This document shows positions 57,327-64,000 of a stretch of 64,000 nt of DNA, one piece after another. The notes under the pieces were generated by a model, which made no database searches, was not told the origin of the DNA, and was given only the letters and a program-made list of their open reading frames with translations. This stretch comes from Methanothrix sp. (GTDB lineage: Archaea; Halobacteriota; Methanosarcinia; Methanotrichales; Methanotrichaceae). The stretch lies in assembly GCA_963682135.1 (NCBI GenBank), contig OY821645.1, forward strand, positions 2,272,001-2,336,000. The letters are read 5' to 3'. The position numbers were made by a program, and so were the translations under genes. Position 1 is the stretch's first letter. Every line of letters begins with the position of its first letter.

Positions 57327-59189
57327 CTATTGCACACTGTCCCAGGCGCGCAGTACCTCTGCCACCGACCAGGCCTGAGAGATACATCCCCCTGGACGCT
57401 GGGGGCTGTCGCCGTCAAAGACCTCAGGGATTGTGTTGATCCCGCCGGCATGCATGGCTAACAGAGGACTGAGAAGCTCTCTGGCCTGGGCCAGCGTCGC
57501 CTCGGATCTGCCTTGCACTAACAGGAGAGCATCAATGAAGGGCCCCATGAGCCAGGGCCAGACGGTTCCCTGGTGATAGCTCCCATCCCTGCGGCGAGGG
57601 TCGCCCTCATATCTGCCAATATAGCGGGGATCGCGAGGCGAGAGAGTGCGTAGGCCGTAGGGCGTGAGCAATTCCTTTGTAACAACGTCAAGAATGCTCT
57701 TTTTCATGACATCCGGCAGCAGATCGGGAATTCCTGCTGCGATGATCTGGTTGGGACGAACGGTTGCGTCCTCATGATCAATCACATCAAAGAGGCAGCC
57801 GGCCTCACTATTCCAAAATTTCGGATAGCTTTCTCGAACCTTCTCTGCGAGTATTGCAAACCCAGCATCTTCGGACCTGCCCACGGCCTTGCCCAGCTTC
57901 TGCATATCTATCAAGGCAGAATACCAGAGGGCATTTATCTCGCAGCATTTTCCCGCCCGAGGCGATACCGGCCGGCCATCCAGGCGCGCGTCCATCCAGG
58001 TGAGTGCCGGACCCGATACAATAAGGCCATCCTCGTCCGATCCAAAGTCCTCCCCCGGTCGAGAATAGCGACTAACTACCTCCAGCAGCCTGGGCCAGAT
58101 CTCCCTGACAAACTCCCGATCTTTAGAATGGGCAAAATAACTGCCCACAGCTCGAACAAACCACAGGGATGCATCCACGGTATTGAAAGATCCGGCACCC
58201 AGGTCATTGGGCAAAACGCCGTCTTTCATGGCGGCTGCAAAGGATTTCAGGACCAGCCCGGCATCCTCAAAGCGCCCTGTGCAAAGCAAGAGGCCGGGCA
58301 GGGAGATCATGGCGTCCCTGCCCCAGTCATCAAACCAGTGGTATCCGGCGATAAGGCTCCTCCATTCTCCCCTTTTCACCAGGAAGGAGTCTGCGGCCCT
58401 TGCCAGATCTGCAACGGGGGCCAAGAGCATTTCCGTGCGTTCCTTTTCTTTTTTCTGCTCTGCCCTCCAGTCCGGCATGCCGGTCCTCCAGGTGGAAGCA
58501 GCTATTGCAAAGGAGGCATCTCCTGATAGCTCTATCTCGAAATGGCCCGGAGAGAAAAGGTCCTCCTTCCAGGCCAGGCCCCGCAATCGCTCCTCTTGGT
58601 ATTCGAAGTTATTGTAAATCATCTCCTGCGGAGCGTAGGCAGGCCCGTCCGAGAGGAGGGTGAGGCGGATGTCCGGGCGGAGATTTGATCGGAGAATCGT
58701 TCCCGTATCAAGAGGTTCCTGGCTCATGCCCGGCAAGGGGGATGCGCCGTGAAAGCTCCTGCTGTGTACCAGAGGAACCAGGCGCATCGTTCCCTGCCCA
58801 TTCTCGATTTTGTAGCTGATGATAGTGGTATTCTCACCCTGGATCATGAAGACTGTCTTCTCGATGCGGCAGCTGCCGATCTTATAGCAAAATCGCGGGA
58901 AGGGATCGCAGCGAAACTCCTGCAGGTATTTGAATCCCTGAGGATGGATCACACCAGGATATTGGTGATTGGCCAAGTGGATGCCCCCTAACTCCTCATC
59001 CAGGGAGCTGAGCAGAAGCCAGCGGTCGGTTGGAGGCTTTTGCGCCGCCACAAGAAGGCCGTGATAGGCCCGCGTGTTGCTGCCCACTGCGCTAGCGGAT
59101 GCATAGCCGCCCAGACCATTGGCCAGCAGCCACTCCCGGCCCGCGCCCTCTTCATAGCTCTGGGGGCGAAGGGCAAAACCAGCCATCAT
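57327..59189 (-). CDS. glycogen debranching enzyme (amylo-alpha-1,6-glucosidase)
   Basis: EWLLANGLGGYAS, AGYHWFDDWGRD, LTWMDA, YHQGTVWPW, QAWSVAE. Confidence 0.93.
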   Translation of the reverse strand: MMAGFALRPQSYEEGAGREWLLANGLGGYASASAVGSNTRAYHGLLVAAQKPPTDRWLLLSSLDEELGGIHLANHQYPGVIHPQGFKYLQEFRCDPFPRFCYKIGSCRIEKTVFMIQGENTTIISYKIENGQGTMRLVPLVHSRSFHGASPLPGMSQEPLDTGTILRSNLRPDIRLTLLSDGPAYAPQEMIYNNFEYQEERLRGLAWKEDLFSPGHFEIELSGDASFAIAASTWRTGMPDWRAEQKKEKERTEMLLAPVADLARAADSFLVKRGEWRSLIAGYHWFDDWGRDAMISLPGLLLCTGRFEDAGLVLKSFAAAMKDGVLPNDLGAGSFNTVDASLWFVRAVGSYFAHSKDREFVREIWPRLLEVVSRYSRPGEDFGSDEDGLIVSGPALTWMDARLDGRPVSPRAGKCCEINALWYSALIDMQKLGKAVGRSEDAGFAILAEKVRESYPKFWNSEAGCLFDVIDHEDATVRPNQIIAAGIPDLLPDVMKKSILDVVTKELLTPYGLRTLSPRDPRYIGRYEGDPRRRDGSYHQGTVWPWLMGPFIDALLLVQGRSEATLAQARELLSPLLAMHAGGINTIPEVFDGDSPQRPGGCISQAWSVAEVLRAWDSVQ

Positions 59190-60679
59190 TTATCCTCCGA
59201 GAGAGCGGTATTTACAGCCGCTATCAGGCTTTTTCGCAGTCGTTCTCCCTTGAAGTTCTCTGATTTCGCGAGCTGCTGCGCGAGAGAAGCATCTGCAAGG
59301 CTGGTCTTTGCCCAGAGGGCCAGATCCCCCTGGCTGCCATGATATTGCAATGATTCAAGCGATACCGTTTTTAGAATATTTTGCAGACCGGCCAGGCTCC
59401 AGGCGACTTCTCCTGTAAACTGATCGACGCCAGTGGCAAAGCGGAAGGGCGAATCTGCCAGATGGATCTTCTTCTTGAGGCGGTAGTGCAGATCACATAG
59501 AACGCTGAAGTAGGTGACTGAGGCATCAAAGGGAAGGCCGTAGGGGCTGAAGTAGCTGTGCACCTCTCCCGGGCCCCCTCCATGGGTGAAAATGTAATAG
59601 AGATGATCGGATAACAGAAGTGTCCTCCAAATCCGGAGAAGCCCCTGGTCTCGGCTCTCTTTGACAGGGGCCTCCAGCCTCTTTTGGTAGATGAATCCCG
59701 CCTGCTGCAGAGCGTTTCCCAGCCAGCAGCTCGTATCCCTCTCCAAATCAGCCCAGGAGACATAATTGGGCACCGACAGCTCCCTTTCCGGGGGAATGGC
59801 TGCAATCTCGGCAGGGCTCGCAAAGCGGAGATTTTCATGTCTTGCAATCTCATCAGGCAGGTGGCGCAGGAACTCAAATATGCCCGTTTCCACCCAATGA
59901 TGCTCGCCAAAGGTCTCATAGTCGCAGAATATGTTTATGCACTTGCCGGGGGTCGCAGCGAGCCAGCCTGCATACTTGTCGGCTGTGAGGGGGTACTCCG
60001 CCCAGCTACGTAAGGAGAAGCGAAAACCGATGTCATCGGTGAGCTTGTAGTTTCTAAGCAGCAAAGAGATGCCGGTATTGGGCGGTCGGTAGACGTAGTT
60101 GGGATCGGCCATCACCCCTTCGGTGAACACGGCCCTGTATCCCATTTGCGCGACCATTGCAGCAATCTCGTCATTGTAAATTAGCTCCGTATTCTCGAAG
60201 GTGGTAGGACGCAGCCCAAAAATATCCCAGATAAGCTCCCGATGCATCTTGACCTGCTCAAAAAACTCGCTCTTGTCCTCGTAAAGGCTTGCCAGAGAGT
60301 GATAGTAGGTCTGCTCCATCACCTCAACACACCCTGTCTCCACCAGCTTGACGAAGGAGTTCAGAACCTCGGGACGATAGGCCAGGCATTGCTCCAGGAA
60401 TACCCCGGAGAAGCTGTAAGCGACCTTGAAAGGGCGGACCGAACCCTCATGCTTTCTAATGCTCTCTAAAATCACCTCGTTGGCAGGCAGATAGCATTTG
60501 TCGGATACCCGCTCAAAGATCCTCCTGTTCTCAGAATCATCGAAATAGAAATCATGCAAATTGGGCACAGCTTCCTTTAGAGGAGAGCCGTCCCAGAAGA
60601 AATTTTTCTTGAGACGGAGGGGCTGGTGGACCTCAAAGCACAGAGAGACAAGAGTCATGTTTTCTATATCCGGCTGCAA
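59186..60679 (-). CDS. GH57 alpha-amylase
   Basis: FEVHQP, TYYHSL, NTELIY, DYETFGEH, SWAD, SDH. Confidence 0.93.
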   Translation of the reverse strand: MQPDIENMTLVSLCFEVHQPLRLKKNFFWDGSPLKEAVPNLHDFYFDDSENRRIFERVSDKCYLPANEVILESIRKHEGSVRPFKVAYSFSGVFLEQCLAYRPEVLNSFVKLVETGCVEVMEQTYYHSLASLYEDKSEFFEQVKMHRELIWDIFGLRPTTFENTELIYNDEIAAMVAQMGYRAVFTEGVMADPNYVYRPPNTGISLLLRNYKLTDDIGFRFSLRSWAEYPLTADKYAGWLAATPGKCINIFCDYETFGEHHWVETGIFEFLRHLPDEIARHENLRFASPAEIAAIPPERELSVPNYVSWADLERDTSCWLGNALQQAGFIYQKRLEAPVKESRDQGLLRIWRTLLLSDHLYYIFTHGGGPGEVHSYFSPYGLPFDASVTYFSVLCDLHYRLKKKIHLADSPFRFATGVDQFTGEVAWSLAGLQNILKTVSLESLQYHGSQGDLALWAKTSLADASLAQQLAKSENFKGERLRKSLIAAVNTALSEDK

Positions 60680-60794
60680 AATATTTACATCCTTCGCGCG
60701 ATCCTCTCGATATCCTCTCTTATTTCATTCAGTTTGGCAAAAGCTTAAATACTATAATCGAATTCTTTATTGCTCCTGTGGGGGAATCAGATAC

Positions 60795-61073
60795 ATGTTA
60801 TTTGGAATGACAATGATAAAAGTTAGCGGCGGCCAGGAAAGATCGGTTTATGATCACCTTCAGAAAAGGCCGGAAGTAAGAGACGTCTATCGTCTCTTTG
60901 GTGAGTACAGCTTCTTCTTAGTTATGCAGGCGGAAGAGAGAAATGTGATCTCCCGAATGCTCAGCGAGCTGAAAGCAAAAGAAAATGTCATCAAGACCGG
61001 GCCCGTCCTTCTCACCGCAGAAGATGGCGGCCTGGAGAACTGCAGAAAAGATTTTGCTATCGCATTGGCATAG
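60795..61073 (+). CDS. Lrp/AsnC ligand-binding domain protein
   Basis: MIKV.GGQERSVY..L...PEV.DVYRLFGEY. Confidence 0.8.
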   Translation: MLFGMTMIKVSGGQERSVYDHLQKRPEVRDVYRLFGEYSFFLVMQAEERNVISRMLSELKAKENVIKTGPVLLTAEDGGLENCRKDFAIALA

Positions 61074-61134
61074 ATTTTCGGCTTTTCTCAGTTTATCTTA
61101 AATTGAATGGCCAACCGCGCAGGTGCGCCGCTTT

Positions 61135-61572
61135 TTATCTCCTGATCTTTTCGTCAGCGCAGCTTGGCTCGACCAGAGGCGCAAACTTGGTGCCATAGTA
61201 AATTATGCCCTTGTCACCTTCTTTTCCCAGGATGCGAAATACGGGACGAACACGCATGCCGATCTTCACACCAGCCGAGCTGGAGACGATCTGACCGGTA
61301 ATCTTAGGGCCCTCATCGAGTTGAATGATGGCCAGATTATAGGGCGTCAGCCTCTCGAAATCCTCGGTGGCATTGTAGATGGTAGTATAGGTGATGATAG
61401 TACCTGTCCCCTTGAAGGTGTAATCCTCTAAATGTGCCCCGCGACGGCAGTTGGGGCAGAGGTTTCTGGGGGGAAAGAAGTATTCATTGCAGCAAGTGCA
61501 GTGTGTCCCGGAAAGATTGTACCTTTGCGGTATGCTTCTCCAGAATCTGGGCGCTTGGTTTGTCATCATCAC
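61135..61572 (-). CDS. Zn-ribbon/OB-fold DUF35 scaffold protein
   Basis: C..C..FFPPR..CPNC; [14 protein letters not shown]. Confidence 0.93.
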   Translation of the reverse strand: MMMTNQAPRFWRSIPQRYNLSGTHCTCCNEYFFPPRNLCPNCRRGAHLEDYTFKGTGTIITYTTIYNATEDFERLTPYNLAIIQLDEGPKITGQIVSSSAGVKIGMRVRPVFRILGKEGDKGIIYYGTKFAPLVEPSCADEKIRR

Positions 61573-62732
61573 CTCGTAAATATGTGGACCAGGGCAGTTC
61601 CACCTGATCCGCCCACATTATGGGCCAGGCCTACCTCAGCCTCATCCACCTGACGCTTGCCGGCCTTTCCGCGAAGCTGCAGGACGATCTCGTAAGCCTG
61701 CTTTATTCCTGTGGCTCCTACTGGATGGCCGCAAGCCTTCAGCCCTCCGGAGGTGTTGATGGGTAGACTGCTGCCCAAAGCCGTCATCCCTTCCTCCGTG
61801 GCTTTGCCGCCCTGGCCCTTTTCCACGAATCCCAGGTCCTCTATGGCCAATATCTCCGCGATAGTGAAGCAGTCATGCACCTCGGCCACATCAACTGCTC
61901 GAGGCTGGATCCCGGCCTGGGCAAAAGCGGCCCGTCCGGCATGAACGGTGGCATCCAGAGTGGTCAGATCGCGACGATCGTGCAGGGCCAGAGTATCGCT
62001 GGCTTGGGCGCTGCCCACGATCTTAATGGGATCTTGTGAAAACCTTCTCGCATTCTCCGTGGGAGCAAGCACCAATGCCGCCGCACCATCGGAGATGGGA
62101 GAGCAGTCCAGGACATGAAGAGGGTCCGCAACCATGGGAGACTTGAACACATCGTCAGTCGTTATCTCCATATGATACTGCGCTATGGGATTCATGCAGG
62201 CATGATGGTGATTTTTTACAGCCACCTGGGCCATCTGGTCATTTGTTGTGCCGTAGCGACGCATATGCAGCTTGGCAATCATGGCATAAAGTGCAGGGAA
62301 GGTGGCCCCAAAGAAGCATTCCCATTCCCGGTCAGCGGCTGAAGCCAGCGCGTCGGCTGCCGTGCCCGTGGAGACATCGGTCATCTTCTCCACACCCGCT
62401 GCGATGACAATATCGCTATATCCGCTGGCAACCGCCAGCACCGCCTGGCGCAGCGCCAGGCCTCCGGAGGCACAGGCCGCTTCCACGCGCGTGGAGGGCA
62501 CATGCAGGCGTGAGAGGCCGGCACAGTCGGCGATGAGCGCCCCGATGTGCTCCTGCTCGATAAAACGCCCGCCGCTCATGTTGCCCACATAGAGAGCGTC
62601 AATCTGCTCGCCGGTGATCTCGGCATCCTCAATGGCCATCACACCGGCCTCAGCGATCATGTCGCGCAAAGAGACATCCCATCGCTCTCCGAACTTGGTG
62701 CAGCCTACACCAATTATGGATACGGATCTCAT
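61569..62732 (-). CDS. acetyl-CoA C-acetyltransferase (thiolase)
   Basis: [22 protein letters not shown]. Confidence 0.95.
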   Translation of the reverse strand: MRSVSIIGVGCTKFGERWDVSLRDMIAEAGVMAIEDAEITGEQIDALYVGNMSGGRFIEQEHIGALIADCAGLSRLHVPSTRVEAACASGGLALRQAVLAVASGYSDIVIAAGVEKMTDVSTGTAADALASAADREWECFFGATFPALYAMIAKLHMRRYGTTNDQMAQVAVKNHHHACMNPIAQYHMEITTDDVFKSPMVADPLHVLDCSPISDGAAALVLAPTENARRFSQDPIKIVGSAQASDTLALHDRRDLTTLDATVHAGRAAFAQAGIQPRAVDVAEVHDCFTIAEILAIEDLGFVEKGQGGKATEEGMTALGSSLPINTSGGLKACGHPVGATGIKQAYEIVLQLRGKAGKRQVDEAEVGLAHNVGGSGGTALVHIFTR

Positions 62733-63766
62733 ATTCTCAGCTTGCCCTTATGCTTGGCATACATGGCATAATCAAGATATTCAGCCTCGCCGATGTAGTC
62801 ACGAACGCTCAAAGCGCCGCAGCGGATATCATCGATCTTGTCGTTCACAATTATGCTGAAGGCATCGCTTCCCGCACCCGAGCCGAAGCTGGTCACAAAG
62901 ATGCGCTCACCGGGCTGGGCGATATCCAAAGTCGCAGCAAGGCCAATGAGGCAGGACGCCGAGTACGTGTTTCCAATGAGGGGCACAATCAAACCAGGCT
63001 CGATCTGCTTTTTGGAAAACCCGAGCATCTTGGCCACACGCACGGGAAACTTGCCATTGGGCTGGTGGAAGACGGCATAATCATAGTCCTCGGGCGCGAT
63101 ATTCATACGTTCCAGAAGGCCGCGCGCGGCGCCCGCCACATGCTTGAAGTAGGCCGGCTCACCCGTGAATCTTCCACCGTGTTCAGGATAAGGCATGCCC
63201 TCCCGCCTCCAGAAATCCGGTGTATCTGAGGTGAAAGAATAGGTGCCTTCGATCTCGGCGGCCACGTCCCGACTGCCGATTAGATACGCGGCTCCGCCGG
63301 CTGCTGCTGTGTATTCCAGCATATCTCCCGGAGCGCCCTGGCTCACATCTGCGCCGATGGCCAGGCCCAGATCGATTAGATTGGATCTGACAAGGCCCAA
63401 GGCAGCCTGCAAGGCAGCAGTGCCTGCTTTGCAGGCAAACTCGAAATCGGCAGCCGTAAAAGAGGATGAGGTGCATACCGCCTGGCCCACGATGGTAGCG
63501 GTGGGCTTCACGGCATAAGGATGGCTCTCCGAGCCGGCATAAATGGCACCAATCCTTTTCGGATCGATCTTCGCGCGCTGCAAGGCATTTCTTGCCGCCT
63601 CCACAGCGATTGTCACGGTATCCTCATCCAGATCGGGCACGGATTTCTCAAAGACGCGAAGGCCCTCCGTGATCTCTTCTCCGTCCCCCCAAACCCGGGC
63701 GATCTCGTCCAACCTTATGCGAAATCGCGGGATATAGACCCCATAACTTACAATACCTGAGACCAA
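62729..63766 (-). CDS. hydroxymethylglutaryl-CoA synthase
   Basis: [30 protein letters not shown]; operon with thiolase and DUF35. Confidence 0.95.
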   Translation of the reverse strand: MVSGIVSYGVYIPRFRIRLDEIARVWGDGEEITEGLRVFEKSVPDLDEDTVTIAVEAARNALQRAKIDPKRIGAIYAGSESHPYAVKPTATIVGQAVCTSSSFTAADFEFACKAGTAALQAALGLVRSNLIDLGLAIGADVSQGAPGDMLEYTAAAGGAAYLIGSRDVAAEIEGTYSFTSDTPDFWRREGMPYPEHGGRFTGEPAYFKHVAGAARGLLERMNIAPEDYDYAVFHQPNGKFPVRVAKMLGFSKKQIEPGLIVPLIGNTYSASCLIGLAATLDIAQPGERIFVTSFGSGAGSDAFSIIVNDKIDDIRCGALSVRDYIGEAEYLDYAMYAKHKGKLRI

Positions 63767-63772
63767 CAGATT

Positions 63773-64000
63773 TCACCCTTTGCTCAATGCGATGGTGAGT
63801 TCGTCAACGGAAAAATGTGTCGTTAGAAGAGGAATGTTCTCGACCTGTGCTATTTTGATGGCAATAGGATCGACATCGGAAGGCATTATCCCCTGCAAGA
63901 CTACCGCGCCGGGCTTGAGGTTGCTGACCCGCACGGCCACCATAGGCGATTTGCCCGAGTGAGCGCCCGTGAATATCAGGGCGCGAGCAGTGCTGCGTCC
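63773..64000 (-). CDS. C terminus of an archaeal predicted transcriptional regulator (runs off window)
   Basis: ..RALIFTGAHSGKSPMVAVRV..KPGAVVL..DPIAIKIAQVENIPL*. Confidence 0.7.
   Translation of the reverse strand, partial: GRSTARALIFTGAHSGKSPMVAVRVSNLKPGAVVLQGIMPSDVDPIAIKIAQVENIPLLTTHFSVDELTIALSKG

Noticed and set aside
61135-63766. HMG-CoA synthase-thiolase-DUF35 cluster as a secondary-metabolite locus
   Set aside because: Well-known archaeal mevalonate-pathway complex

Overview
Archaeal chromosomal window, most consistent with a methanogen such as Methanothrix/Methanosarcinales (archaeal ribosomal proteins, aIF5B, MC1, HMG-CoA synthase-thiolase-DUF35). Housekeeping genes occupy about 1-4.5 kb and 41-64 kb. 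Between them is an accessory region with four parts: (i) a 1892-aa surface protein with 14 tandem Ig-like repeats; (ii) a type I-B CRISPR-Cas locus with 16 repeats and 15 spacers, a cas8b frameshifted by an 8-bp tandem duplication, a csa3 regulator and interspersed toxin-antitoxin genes; (iii) two apparently identical IS110-family elements inserted at exactly the same position of two different CRISPR repeats, whose upstream non-coding region carries short matches to both the CRISPR repeat and the element's own end junction (bridge-RNA-like); (iv) a ~12-kb RiPP-like cluster with a 73-aa NHLP-clan precursor ending in SGCISPCM, four paralogous B12-dependent radical SAM enzymes, one radical SAM/SPASM enzyme and a PqqD/RRE-M50 peptidase fusion, bracketed by a duplicated 5' fragment of a dihydropteroate-synthase-like gene. 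A tnpB-only IS200/IS605 element and a tRNA-Ala(GGC) lie further right. All calls come from reading motifs by eye; no database searches were run.
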